Below are positions 18,552-27,175 of a stretch of 64,000 bases of DNA, in pieces. Position 1 is the stretch's first letter. Each line of letters opens with the position of its first letter. The notes below the pieces were generated by a model. That model saw only the letters and a list, made by a program, of their open reading frames with translations, was not told where the DNA came from and made no database searches. This DNA comes from Candidatus Pacearchaeota archaeon (lineage in GTDB: Archaea; Nanobdellota; Nanobdellia; Pacearchaeales; GW2011-AR1). The position numbers and the translations under genes were made by a program. The stretch is taken from the NCBI GenBank assembly GCA_041660485.1, contig JBAZWF010000001.1:410224-474223 (forward strand). The letters run 5' to 3'.

Positions 18552-19229
18552 TTAAGATTTTCTTTCTTCTGCTCTTAATTTATCTTTGTATTCCTCCATC
18601 ATTTTATTTTTCTTATTTCTGTAAATTTCATATGCTCCGCTTAGTAAATTAGCGCCAACTACTGCTGCAAGGTAAGCATTTGCTTTAGGAGATGATCCTG
18701 CTCCGCTTAAAGCATTTCCTGCAGAATACATTCCTAAAAAAACATTACCTAATATTGAAGTTCCTGAAATTATACATCTCATTATTTCTTCAGTTGCACT
18801 ATCTTCTTCATCCTCATTATGTCTTTTATCATCAGATTTTCTCATTGAAGTTGGAATAAAATATATACTTTCTACAACTGCTTTTGCAACATTATATGTA
18901 TCTTTTCCAAGTCCTTTAACAACATCGTAAAAACCAGGTTCTCTTAATTTTCCATTTGAACTTAAATTTCCTTCTGTACCGGCTATACTTTCTAAATCAT
19001 TTTTTTTCTTTTCCTGCCCAAGCATAGTTTCACACGGATCTTCTGCATATTCTATTAATTTCTTTTCAACTTCGCCTAGAAACTCACGATTACTCTTAAG
19101 TTCTTCATCATATGAAATGTTTGTATAACTATCCTGTCCAGTTTCATGAAGAGCATAGTCTTCAGTTTCATAAGGCACAATTGATGTTTGTGCTCTTTTA
19201 TTTGCTTGAATTTTTGTTTGTGTTTCCAT
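18552..19229 (-). CDS. Hypothetical protein, tandem paralog B (225 aa)
   Basis: Only 3 nt of the first ~205 nt differ from paralog A. C-terminus AAVVGANLLSGAYEIYR. Confidence 0.6.
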   Translation of the reverse strand: METQTKIQANKRAQTSIVPYETEDYALHETGQDSYTNISYDEELKSNREFLGEVEKKLIEYAEDPCETMLGQEKKKNDLESIAGTEGNLSSNGKLREPGFYDVVKGLGKDTYNVAKAVVESIYFIPTSMRKSDDKRHNEDEEDSATEEIMRCIISGTSILGNVFLGMYSAGNALSGAGSSPKANAYLAAVVGANLLSGAYEIYRNKKNKMMEEYKDKLRAEERKS

Positions 19230-19345
19230 TTTGTTTTTTCCTTTGTTTTATATGTAGTTACTTTTAACTACTTGATAATAACACCAAATTATCAGTATAT
19301 TTATATATTAAGGACTACTTAGGTAGGTAGTAAAAATATAAAAAA

Positions 19346-20092
19346 ATGGCAGAAGAAAATAAAGCATTAAATGATGCAGGTTTATCTAATTGGGAAAGCA
19401 GTGTTTATCGAGCGTTAATAAAGCTTGGAGAAAGTAAAGCTGGCCCAATTATTTCAGAATCAGAAGTTCCTCAATCAAAAATTTATAGAATTCTATATTC
19501 ACTTCAGAACAAGGGACTTGTAAGTTATATTATCAAGGGTAAAATCAAATATTTTCAGGCAAGTGATCCGGAAAAAATTTATCTATTGTTTAAAAAAAAG
19601 GAAAATGCAATAAAATCAGAAGTAGATAAACTAAAAGAATTAAAAAAATCAGAACCTAAAAAAAGTTCTGTAAGAATATTTGAAGGATTAAGGGCAATTA
19701 GGGCATTAAATTTAGAAATTATACAAGGCGCAAAAAAAGGAGAAGAATTCTATGGTTATTCTGAAGGAACCGGCTATTCTAAAGAAGTTAGTGAATTTTA
19801 TCATCAGTTTGGAGAGCTTAGAAAAACTGTCGGTTTAAAAGACCATTTATTAATAACTAAAAATAATAAGGCAGAATTTGAAAAAGGCATATCAAAAGAA
19901 GATTTGCCATATACAAGAAAGAAAACAAAATATTATGAAGTTTCATTTCCTCAGGATACTGCAATTTTCAGAGATATGGTTATAATTTACGACTGGGACG
20001 AAATTCCTAAAGCAATTCTTATAAAAAGTGAAAATCTCGCAAGAAATTATAAAGAATTCTTCTTGGATTTATGGAATGAGAAAAAGAAGTAA
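19346..20092 (+). CDS. TrmB-family transcriptional regulator
   Basis: N-terminal winged helix LSNWESSVYRALIKLGESKAGPIISESEVPQSKIYRILYSLQNKGLV plus a C-terminal effector-like domain. Divergent from the paralog pair. Confidence 0.7.
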   Translation: MAEENKALNDAGLSNWESSVYRALIKLGESKAGPIISESEVPQSKIYRILYSLQNKGLVSYIIKGKIKYFQASDPEKIYLLFKKKENAIKSEVDKLKELKKSEPKKSSVRIFEGLRAIRALNLEIIQGAKKGEEFYGYSEGTGYSKEVSEFYHQFGELRKTVGLKDHLLITKNNKAEFEKGISKEDLPYTRKKTKYYEVSFPQDTAIFRDMVIIYDWDEIPKAILIKSENLARNYKEFFLDLWNEKKK

Positions 20093-20102
20093 AATCATAA
20101 AA

Positions 20103-20123
20103 TGGCCCTGCCAAGAATCTAAC
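20103..20123 (-). repeat. Pseudo-copy of the tRNA-Val 3' end
   Basis: tggccctgccaagaatctaac matches 20250-20270 (tggccctgccaagaatcgaac) at 20 of 21 positions. It lies 127-147 nt downstream of the tRNA on the tRNA strand. Confidence 0.8.
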
Positions 20124-20175
20124 ACCTGCAGTTCGCAGAACAAGGGTTGCCAAAAATTTATAAAATTTTTTAGCA

Positions 20176-20207
20176 CTTACAAAACTTTGAGATTTTGGTT
20201 TTGTAAG
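20176..20207. repeat. Hairpin within the tRNA-Val downstream element
   Basis: cttacaaaac-N12-gttttgtaag (10-bp stem). Related to the hairpin at 30343-30378. Confidence 0.6.
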
Positions 20208-20249
20208 GATGATTCTTCAGGTTATATATTATTTAGAAGAAATAATTTA

Positions 20250-20321
20250 TGGCCCTGCCAAGAATCGAACTTGAATCTCATCCACGTCAAGGATGCATCT
20301 TAGCCATTGGACTACAAGGCC
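20250..20321 (-). tRNA. tRNA-Val (anticodon GAC)
   Basis: Reverse complement: GGCCTTG TA GTCC..; anticodon arm CATCC-TT-GAC-GT-GGATG; T arm TCAAG-TTCGATT-CTTGG; acceptor 3' strand CAGGGCC; discriminator A. Confidence 0.85.
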
Positions 20322-20343
20322 ATATATCTAATATCTTTCCCCA

Positions 20344-20355
20344 GATTATAAATTT
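20344..20355 (-). promoter_or_regulatory. TATA-like box upstream of tRNA-Val
   Basis: Minus-strand AAATTTATAATC centred about 28 nt upstream of tRNA position 1. Confidence 0.4.
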
Positions 20356-20388
20356 AATTAATACCTCCCCTCAAACTGAACTAAAAAG

Positions 20389-20398
20389 GTTTAAAAAC
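20389..20398 (+). promoter_or_regulatory. TATA-like box upstream of rpl44e (probable leaderless transcript)
   Basis: gtttaaaaac centred about 26 nt upstream of the ATG. The motif rTTTAAAAA recurs upstream of the S15, aIF2-alpha, EF-1beta and tfb genes. Confidence 0.45.
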
Positions 20399-20418
20399 CA
20401 CCTTGATAATTAATTCCT

Positions 20419-20730
20419 ATGAAGAAGCCAAAAGTAACTAATCGATATTGCCCTTCATGCAATAAACGAACACAGCATAAAATAAAACTATTATCTACAG
20501 GTATTAAACGAGGTTCTCTTAAGAGAGGAGGTATTCCTCGTGCAAAACTTCGTGGATTAGGAATAGGTTTTGGTAATAAAGGAAAATGGGGAAGTAAACC
20601 AGCTATTGGTAAATGGAAAAGAAAAACTAAAAATACAAAAAAAGCAGTTTTTGTTTATACTTGTCAAACATGCAAGAAATCACATCAATCTAAAAAAGGA
20701 AAGCGATCTGGGAAGGTATTGTTAGAATAA
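20419..20730 (+). CDS. rpl44e: 50S ribosomal protein L44e
   Basis: Zn-ribbon pairs CPSC..(N)..CQTC, basic composition and a typical N-terminus YCPSCNKRTQHKI. Confidence 0.8.
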   Translation: MKKPKVTNRYCPSCNKRTQHKIKLLSTGIKRGSLKRGGIPRAKLRGLGIGFGNKGKWGSKPAIGKWKRKTKNTKKAVFVYTCQTCKKSHQSKKGKRSGKVLLE

Positions 20731-20731
20731 A

Positions 20732-21367
20732 ATGGCAATTGAAAAAAAGAAATTTTTATCGGTTAAAATCCCTTTAATAAACAAAGAAATAGAATTATTA
20801 GGTTTATCAGTTGAAGATTTTGAAGGAAGATTTGTAAAATTTGATATGACCTCTGATTTAAGAGGAAAAAGCCTTGAATTAAGAACTAAAGTTAAAGTAT
20901 CTGATGGTAAAGCAGAAGCAAATGTTCTTGAAGCATATTTATTAGGATATTATATAAGAAGAATGATGAGAAAAGGAACAGATTATGTTGAAGATTCATT
21001 CCTTGTTCAATGCAAAGACCATCAAGTAAGAATAAAACCATTTTTAATTACAAGAAAAAGAGTGTCAAGACAAATAAGATCTGCACTTAGAGAAATAGCA
21101 AAGAAAGAAATTATAGAATATGTTAAAGACAAAACATTTGAAAATCTTGTCCTTGATATGATTAATAATAAAATACAAAAAGAATTAAACATAAAACTGA
21201 AAAAAATTTATCCTCTTGGCTTATGTGAAATAAGATTTATAGGAATTGAAGATTCAAAAGAATATAAAGGAGAAGTTGAAGAAGTACAAGAAGTTGAAGA
21301 AAAGAAAAAACCTGCTAAGACAAAAAAGAAAAAAGAAGTTGAAGAAAAAGGGGAAGAAGCAGAATAA
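20732..21367 (+). CDS. rps3ae: 30S ribosomal protein S3Ae with a K/E-rich C-terminal tail
   Basis: FEGRFVKFDMTSDLRGKSLEL, YIRRMMRKGTDYVE and KKIYPLGLCEIR match the S3Ae pattern. Confidence 0.7.
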   Translation: MAIEKKKFLSVKIPLINKEIELLGLSVEDFEGRFVKFDMTSDLRGKSLELRTKVKVSDGKAEANVLEAYLLGYYIRRMMRKGTDYVEDSFLVQCKDHQVRIKPFLITRKRVSRQIRSALREIAKKEIIEYVKDKTFENLVLDMINNKIQKELNIKLKKIYPLGLCEIRFIGIEDSKEYKGEVEEVQEVEEKKKPAKTKKKKEVEEKGEEAE

Positions 21368-21373
21368 ATAAAG

Positions 21374-21865
21374 ATGCTCCAGCAGACATTAATTCTAATA
21401 AAACCCGATGGTGTTCAAAGAGGTTTGGTTGGCGAAATTATAAAAAGATTTGAACAAAGAGGATTAAAAATTGTTGCAATTAAAATGGTTCATATTGATA
21501 AAGATTTTGCAGGCAAGCACTATCAAGAATCAATTGCAAAAAAACACGGAGAACATGTTAGAAACTATTTATTAGATTATATTACTTCATCACCAATTAT
21601 AGCAATTGTTTTAGAAGGAAGCAATGCAATAACTCATGTAAGAAAAATTGTCGGCAATACTTATCCTGGAGAAGCAGAAATCGGAACAATAAGAGGAGAC
21701 TTTGCACATGCAAGCAAAGAACGTGCAAAATCAAGTAAAAAAGCTCTTCCAAACCTTGTCCATGCTTCAGAAAATATAGAAGATGCAAAATATGAAATAT
21801 CTTTATGGTTCACAAAAAAAGAAATTCATGATTATAAATTATCTGCAGAAGAGCATTTGTATTAA
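21374..21865 (+). CDS. ndk: Nucleoside diphosphate kinase
   Basis: TLILIKPDGVQRGLVGEIIKRFEQRGLKIVAIKM, TIRGDFA and NLVHASEN. It has a longer-than-usual loop between GDFA and the catalytic His. Confidence 0.85.
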   Translation: MLQQTLILIKPDGVQRGLVGEIIKRFEQRGLKIVAIKMVHIDKDFAGKHYQESIAKKHGEHVRNYLLDYITSSPIIAIVLEGSNAITHVRKIVGNTYPGEAEIGTIRGDFAHASKERAKSSKKALPNLVHASENIEDAKYEISLWFTKKEIHDYKLSAEEHLY

Positions 21866-22092
21866 ATTAAAAAATCCCTCATTATTTCTAATTCTCTAGT
21901 CCTTGGATTTTCAATATACTCAAACTTACAATTTACTCTTAATTCTTTTTTTGAACTAGGATTTCCAACACTATCAGATAAATCTTTTAAAGCCCTTAAT
22001 TCAGTTTCACTAGATGATTGATAATCTCCAGAAATATAACTTGTTTGTTTATTTAATCTATCAATTTTTCCAATATAATTTAAACTTAACAT
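21862..22092 (-). CDS. Hypothetical protein (76 aa)
   Basis: ORF only. Convergent with ndk and overlaps its stop by 4 nt. Confidence 0.3.
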   Translation of the reverse strand: MLSLNYIGKIDRLNKQTSYISGDYQSSSETELRALKDLSDSVGNPSSKKELRVNCKFEYIENPRTRELEIMRDFLI

Positions 22093-22213
22093 ATCTGCTA
22101 ATTACCAAATGCCTATTTAAATATTATCAAACAGAGATTATTATAATAAATATATATTCTCTACCACATATCTTTAAAACATCTCTTTTATTTTTTAATA
22201 AAAAAGAGGATAA

Positions 22214-22558
22214 ATGGGAACTTATACATCTTGCACATTTTATAGACAACAAAACAGCTCTTGCAGAAAAATTCCTTGTAGGAAAAGAAAGAAACATAAA
22301 AATTTATCAAATCTTATTTTTATCAATCCTATGGAATCTCGAGAAAGAAATCGAATTATTAGTCCAGAAATTCAAGAAGCAAGAATGAATCTTTTAAATA
22401 TCATAAATAAGGCAAAAACCAAAGTAACTCAAGAGCTTTCAGATACAATATACAATTATATACAAAAGCACGGTTCAGACTATTGGCTTAACAAAGCTCG
22501 TTCAGATTATGTTGATAAAGTTATTGTAGGCAATTATAAAAGTGATGTTTCTCGCTGA
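22214..22558 (+). CDS. Hypothetical protein, start uncertain
   Basis: The C-terminal two thirds (MESRERNRIISPEIQEARMNLL...) look protein-like. The 5' third overlaps another open frame (22014-22388). Confidence 0.3.
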   Translation: MGTYTSCTFYRQQNSSCRKIPCRKRKKHKNLSNLIFINPMESRERNRIISPEIQEARMNLLNIINKAKTKVTQELSDTIYNYIQKHGSDYWLNKARSDYVDKVIVGNYKSDVSR

Positions 22559-22610
22559 ATATTTTCAGACACTATAACCTTTTTAAACCCCTGCTAACTA
22601 AATAATTTAT

Positions 22611-22682
22611 GCCTCCATAGCTCAGTGGTAGAGCGGCGGTTTTGTAAACCGTAGGTCGAGGGTCCAAATCCCTCTGGAGGCT
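22611..22682 (+). tRNA. tRNA-Thr (anticodon UGU)
   Basis: GCCTCCA TA GCTC-AGTGGTA-GAGC G GCGGT-TT-TGT-AA-ACCGT AGGTC GAGGG-TCCAAAT-CCCTC TGGAGGC T. TATA-like ctttttaaac lies about 27 nt upstream. Confidence 0.88.
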
Positions 22683-22713
22683 TTTTCTATTTAAATTAAA
22701 TCCAAAAATAAAA

Positions 22714-22989
22714 TTATATTCCAAATAAACTCTTAATAAAAAACTTTAAAGCCCAAACATTTAATAATATAAAATTAAGAACAATAATAAAAATAACAAG
22801 AAAGAATAAAACCCAGAAAATTGTCTTCAAAATCCCTCTTTTCTTTTTATTTTTCTGTTTCCTTAAAATAAATTTCCCCTGAACTTTATTAAGAACATTA
22901 TCAATATCTTCAGCAAAACCCTCAGTCATTTCCTCTCTTTCTTGTTTTGCTTTTTCTCTTGAAATATCATCAACTGTTTTAAATTTCAT
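22714..22989 (-). CDS. Hypothetical membrane protein (91 aa)
   Basis: Charged N-terminal half and one long TM (ILKTIFWVLFFLVIFIIVLNFILLNVW). 4-nt overlap with the upstream gene. Confidence 0.4.
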   Translation of the reverse strand: MKFKTVDDISREKAKQEREEMTEGFAEDIDNVLNKVQGKFILRKQKNKKKRGILKTIFWVLFFLVIFIIVLNFILLNVWALKFFIKSLFGI

Positions 22990-23306
22990 TTTAATTTAAC
23001 TGCAGTTCCATAAGCAAGTATCTCTGAATCTCCCATAGTGACTAGTGAAGTTATAAATCTAATATTAACAACAGCATCAGCATTAAGTTTAATTGCTTCA
23101 TTAATCATTCTATTAAAAGCTTCATCTCTTGCCTGATTTATTAGCTCAGTATATGTTTTAATTTCTCCGCCAACAATACTCTTTAATCCAGCTGCAATAT
23201 TTCTTCCAATATTTCTCGACCTAACAGTATTTCCCCTTACAACTCCCAATATTTTCACAATCCGCTTTCCAGGCACAAAATCCGTATTTGTTGTTATAAT
23301 TTCCAT
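22986..23306 (-). CDS. YbjQ/UPF0145-family protein
   Basis: 106 aa. GVVRGNTVRSRNIGRNIAAGLKSIVGGEI..Y..L...R.EA ... ADAVVNIRF ... AYGTAVKL is the typical UPF0145 pattern. Confidence 0.75.
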   Translation of the reverse strand: MEIITTNTDFVPGKRIVKILGVVRGNTVRSRNIGRNIAAGLKSIVGGEIKTYTELINQARDEAFNRMINEAIKLNADAVVNIRFITSLVTMGDSEILAYGTAVKLK

Positions 23307-23307
23307 A

Positions 23308-23514
23308 TTATTTGTTTTTATTCGTACTTTTTAATTGTTTTGCTATTGGCTCAATATAACTTTCCTTGCCAAAATCAATTAATAATAGTATTCCAATAAT
23401 AAAAATTAAGATTCCATAAACTAAAAAAACCCAACTAACAATAAATGAAAGAATAACTAAGAATACTCCTAAAACTAATAATGCTAATCCTGTAAATATT
23501 CTTATTTTATCCAT
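23308..23514 (-). CDS. Small hypothetical membrane protein (68 aa)
   Basis: Two TM segments, tightly linked to the downstream gene. Confidence 0.35.
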   Translation of the reverse strand: MDKIRIFTGLALLVLGVFLVILSFIVSWVFLVYGILIFIIGILLLIDFGKESYIEPIAKQLKSTNKNK

Positions 23515-23543
23515 AAATCTAGATATTTCAAATATTAATAAAG

Positions 23544-24116
23544 CTATTCTTCGACAACAATCTCAACTTTTTTGCCTGAGACAAGAATGTCTGCAATTTC
23601 TCTAGGAATATTTGCAACCTCATCTTTCCTAAATGGCCCAAGAGATTCTCCATTAATTCCCATAAATTCCTCAACATCTTCTAAAAATAAAACTAATTTA
23701 AGTTGTTTTTCAATTTTTATTGCATCTCCACCATTTGTAAACTCAGATGAAAGAATTTTTTCAGCTTCCTGAACAGAGATAATAATCTTATCAAAAAGCT
23801 CTTTTTCAAAATCAAGCATATTTTCAAAATCTCTCTTACTCATTCCAGTTTCAGATGCAACAAAAACCAATCCCAAAAGCTTCTTTTTTCTCAGTAACAT
23901 AAGTTCATTAAAAATAGAAACTGAATTTTCCAGTTGTTTTTTTATTTTAAGTATTTCATCAGAAAACATATCTCCTTGCTGATTCTGATTTGCAAGTACT
24001 CTCTTCTCTTTAATATATTCAGAAACCTCTGAAACAAACTTCTTTGAAAGTGGCTGTAACTGCTCAGAATACCTCTCTCTCCTAAGGCATTCATAAATAT
24101 CATTATATGTTATCAT
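23544..24116 (-). CDS. GINS51-like (Sld5/Psf1 family) replication factor
   Basis: 190 aa. N-terminus YNDIYECLRRERYSEQLQPLSKKFVSEV, central LLRKKKLLGLV, C-terminal GPFRKDEVANIPREIADILV, consistent with the archaeal Gins51 layout (from memory, not searched). Confidence 0.55.
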   Translation of the reverse strand: MITYNDIYECLRRERYSEQLQPLSKKFVSEVSEYIKEKRVLANQNQQGDMFSDEILKIKKQLENSVSIFNELMLLRKKKLLGLVFVASETGMSKRDFENMLDFEKELFDKIIISVQEAEKILSSEFTNGGDAIKIEKQLKLVLFLEDVEEFMGINGESLGPFRKDEVANIPREIADILVSGKKVEIVVEE

Positions 24117-24352
24117 AATAAACCCAAACTACCTCAATTTAAAACAATTATGGTTATGAGGTTTTCGTGTTAAATTGTTAATTAACATATAATTCTTTAC
24201 TTAAGTTAAAATTATTCTAGTTGGTTATAAGTAATTTTTATTTATCCTTTAATATAACTTTAGATGTCACATTTCCTAATAAACAATATAATCTAATTTC
24301 CAAAGGAAATTGGGCAAGTAATATTTATAAGCTCTTACACGCTAATTAATTT

Positions 24353-25624
24353 ATGTTCAAGTTCTTAAAAGACAAGCTAAAAGACCTCTTCAAATCAACC
24401 AAAGAAGAGGTAGAAGTAGTTGAAAAACCAGCTAAAAAAGTAAAAGAAAAGAAGGAGGGTAGAGCCGAGGAACTTCGCGAGGATTATAGAAATCTAGAAA
24501 AGCGAGGTTCTGAGCAAGTAGGGAAACTTGGTTCCCTGAGCAAAGAAGTTAAAAAACCTGAAAAAAAACAAAAAATAAAAGAGCTCAAAGAAGAAATTCA
24601 TGAAGATATTGAAACAACAATAGAAGAAAAAGAAGAAACTAAAGAACAATTCAATGAAGAAGTTGAAAAGCTTATTGAAAAAGAAGAGTATAAAGAGGGA
24701 GTAATTGAACCAATAGTTGGAGAAAAAACTGAACCAAAACCCGAGAAAAAAGGTTTTTTCTCGCGCATTCAAACGCGATTTAACACAGTTCAAATTAACC
24801 AAAAAACATTTGATGAATTTTTTGAAAAACTAGAAATGCTACTATTAGAAAACAATGTTGCTTTATCAGTTGTTGATAAAATCCGAGAGGATATGCAAAA
24901 ACGCCTAGTTAATATAGAAGTAAAAAAAGACCAATTAGAAAACGAAATAAAAAACACATTAAGAGATTCAATTCTTGAAATCCTAATTGAACCATTTGAC
25001 TTAATTGAAAAAATAAAAAAGAAAGAGGGAACATTTGTAATACTATTTTTTGGCATTAACGGAAGTGGAAAAACAACAACAATTGCTAAAGTAGCTAGTT
25101 TATTGCAAAAAAATAAAATCTCAAGTGTTTTAGCAGCTGCAGATACATTTAGAGCAGCTTCAATTGAACAGCTAGAAAAACACGGAGAAAAACTCGGAAT
25201 AAAAGTTATTCATCAAGAATACGGCTCAGACCCTTCAGCAGTTGCATTTGATGCAATAAAATATGCTCAAGCCCATCAAATTAAAGTTGTCCTTATAGAC
25301 ACTGCAGGAAGAATGCATACAAAAGATAATTTATTAAAGGAAATGGAAAAAATTGTTCGGGTTACAAAACCAGACTTAAAAATATTTGTTGCAGAATCAA
25401 TAACTGGCAATGATGCAACCGAACAAGCTAAAATATTTAATGAAACAGCAAATATTGATGGTTCAATTCTTACAAAAGCAGATGTAGATGAAAAAGGCGG
25501 AACCGCAATTTCAATTGGCTATGTAACAGGCAAGCCAATTCTCTTTCTCGGCACCGGCCAAGAATACAAAGACCTCGAAAAATTCGACCCTAAAGATATA
25601 ATTGCTAATTTAGGACTTGACTAA
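24353..25624 (+). CDS. ftsY: Signal recognition particle receptor FtsY
   Basis: K/E-rich N-terminal domain, then NG domain motifs GINGSGKTTTIAK, DTAGR and TKADVDEKGG. Confidence 0.92.
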   Translation: MFKFLKDKLKDLFKSTKEEVEVVEKPAKKVKEKKEGRAEELREDYRNLEKRGSEQVGKLGSLSKEVKKPEKKQKIKELKEEIHEDIETTIEEKEETKEQFNEEVEKLIEKEEYKEGVIEPIVGEKTEPKPEKKGFFSRIQTRFNTVQINQKTFDEFFEKLEMLLLENNVALSVVDKIREDMQKRLVNIEVKKDQLENEIKNTLRDSILEILIEPFDLIEKIKKKEGTFVILFFGINGSGKTTTIAKVASLLQKNKISSVLAAADTFRAASIEQLEKHGEKLGIKVIHQEYGSDPSAVAFDAIKYAQAHQIKVVLIDTAGRMHTKDNLLKEMEKIVRVTKPDLKIFVAESITGNDATEQAKIFNETANIDGSILTKADVDEKGGTAISIGYVTGKPILFLGTGQEYKDLEKFDPKDIIANLGLD

Positions 25625-25671
25625 AATCTCAAAACCGCAACTTTATTAATCCTCAAAATACTAATTTTACC

Positions 25672-27042
25672 ATGCTTGAGAGTCTAGGAAACATACTAAG
25701 AAAGTCAGTGGATAAAATAACCTCTGCAATTTTTGTAGATAAAACTCTAATTGATTCTATTGTAAAAGACTTGCAAAGAGCATTAATTATGGCAGATGTA
25801 AATATCGCTCTAGTTAAAGAAATAAGTGAAAAAATAAGAAAAGAAGGAGAATCAAAAGTAAAAGGCATTGAAAAAAAAGAACATCTAATCAAGCTATTAA
25901 ATGATGAAGTAATTAGAATAATTGGTGGAGAGAAAAAAGAATTAATATTAGGTAAAAAAGACAAAATATTATTTGTTGGACTTTACGGAACCGGTAAAAC
26001 AACTACAATTTCAAAACTAGGTGCTTATTATAAAAAACGTGGAAAAACAGTTGCTCTTCTTGGTCTCGATGTTCACCGTCCAGCAGCTTCAGAACAACTA
26101 GAACAATTAGGGAAGAAAATTGAAGCTCCAGTATTTGTTAATAAAACAGAAAAAAATCCAATAAAAATATATGAAGAATATAAAAAAGAATTAGATAAAT
26201 TTGATTTAGTTTTAATTGATTCTGCAGGCCGTGATGCTTTAGAAGATTCACTTATAGAAGAAATAAAACAAATAGGTGAAAAAATAAAACCTACTCACAC
26301 AATTCTAGTTATTGCAGCAGATATTGGACAAGCTGCAAAAACCCAAGCACAAAAATTTAAATCAACTTGCGAGGTTGATGGAGTTATAATAACACGTATG
26401 GATTCTTCTGCAAAGGCAGGAGGAGCTCTAACTGCCTGCTATGAAGCTCAAGCCCCAGTATATTTTATAGGAACAGGTGAAAAAGTTCCTGACTTAGAAC
26501 AATTTAACCCTCAATCATTTGTATCTCGTCTTTTAGGAATGGGAGATTTAGAAGGTTTAATTGAAAAAGTTCGTTCAGCAACAACAGAAAAAGAACAGGA
26601 AAAATTAAAGAAAAGAATTGAAGAAGGAAAATTAACTTTAATGGATGTTTATGAACAAATAAAATCAATGCAAAATATCGGCCCTTTAAGTAAAATAACC
26701 GAGCTAATTCCAGGATTAGGAAAAGCAAAAATCCCAGAAGAACTTTTAGGCACTCAAGAAGAAAAACTTAACCATTGGAAATCTGCAATAAGTTCAATGA
26801 CTCAAGAAGAAATTGAAAATCCCGAAATAATGGAAAAACAAACTTCAAGAATATCTAGAATTGCAAAAGGCTCAGGAACATCAACAACTGAAATCCGTCA
26901 GTTAATTAAGCAATACAAAATGATTAAAGAGTTAACAAGCTCTGCAAGCTCTTTAGGTGACATAAGCGACCCAAGCCAAATGTCACAAAAACAGCTAATG
27001 AAATTAGCAAAGAAATTCGGCGGAAAAAAGATGAAGTTTTAA
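25672..27042 (+). CDS. srp54: Signal recognition particle protein SRP54
   Basis: GLYGTGKTTTISK, DSAGR, TRMDSSAKAGGAL and a Met-rich M domain. Confidence 0.92.
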   Translation: MLESLGNILRKSVDKITSAIFVDKTLIDSIVKDLQRALIMADVNIALVKEISEKIRKEGESKVKGIEKKEHLIKLLNDEVIRIIGGEKKELILGKKDKILFVGLYGTGKTTTISKLGAYYKKRGKTVALLGLDVHRPAASEQLEQLGKKIEAPVFVNKTEKNPIKIYEEYKKELDKFDLVLIDSAGRDALEDSLIEEIKQIGEKIKPTHTILVIAADIGQAAKTQAQKFKSTCEVDGVIITRMDSSAKAGGALTACYEAQAPVYFIGTGEKVPDLEQFNPQSFVSRLLGMGDLEGLIEKVRSATTEKEQEKLKKRIEEGKLTLMDVYEQIKSMQNIGPLSKITELIPGLGKAKIPEELLGTQEEKLNHWKSAISSMTQEEIENPEIMEKQTSRISRIAKGSGTSTTEIRQLIKQYKMIKELTSSASSLGDISDPSQMSQKQLMKLAKKFGGKKMKF

Positions 27043-27175
27043 AACAAGACGCTCCGCTTTTAGCAAAACATCCCATATCTTTACCTTATTTTAATAATTT
27101 TTAGTGAAGTATTACTTAATTTATTTTATATTTCAATCAAAAGTTTACTGCAAGAGTTTCCAGATAATAAAATAT

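Noticed and set aside
9214-20092. Diversity-generating retroelement or other hypervariation system targeting the surface proteins
   Set aside because: No reverse transcriptase ORF is present, and no template/variable repeat pair with adenine-specific mismatches was seen. The only long internal repeat is the 5' identity of the two tandem paralogs, and its 3 differences are not A-specific.
20028-20303. 91-aa ORF in the track spanning the TrmB 3' end, the Val downstream element and tRNA-Val
   Set aside because: It overlaps a tRNA gene and a repeat element. Its composition is junk-like (Cys/Trp-rich), so the ORF is spurious.
21374-21865. Extra ~10-residue loop in NDK (GDFAHASKERAKSSKKALPNLVHASE) as a possible insertion of interest
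   Set aside because: It is a short lineage-specific loop, and the catalytic His context is intact. Not enough to call anything unusual without an alignment.
24117-24352. Replication origin in the AT-rich divergent region between the GINS-like gene and ftsY
   Set aside because: There are no repeated ORB-like elements and no adjacent orc1/cdc6. It is only a generic AT-rich divergent promoter region with one short palindrome (tttcc-aaa-ggaaa).
24494-25964. Minus-strand ORFs antisense to ftsY and srp54 (24494-24802, 24790-25056, 25653-25964), and similar antisense ORFs elsewhere (1413-1613, 5623-5811, 6313-6612, 7078-7266, 8706-8906, 16361-16597, 17419-17610, 18166-18429, 18197-18400, 21597-21788, 23572-23772, 26504-26728, 32494-33086, 37242-37448, 47725-48272, 54729-54914, 55340-55534, 58275-58469, 59447-59653)
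   Set aside because: Each lies opposite a longer ORF with recognisable motifs or consistent operon context. Their translations are F/L/S/I-rich low-complexity strings.
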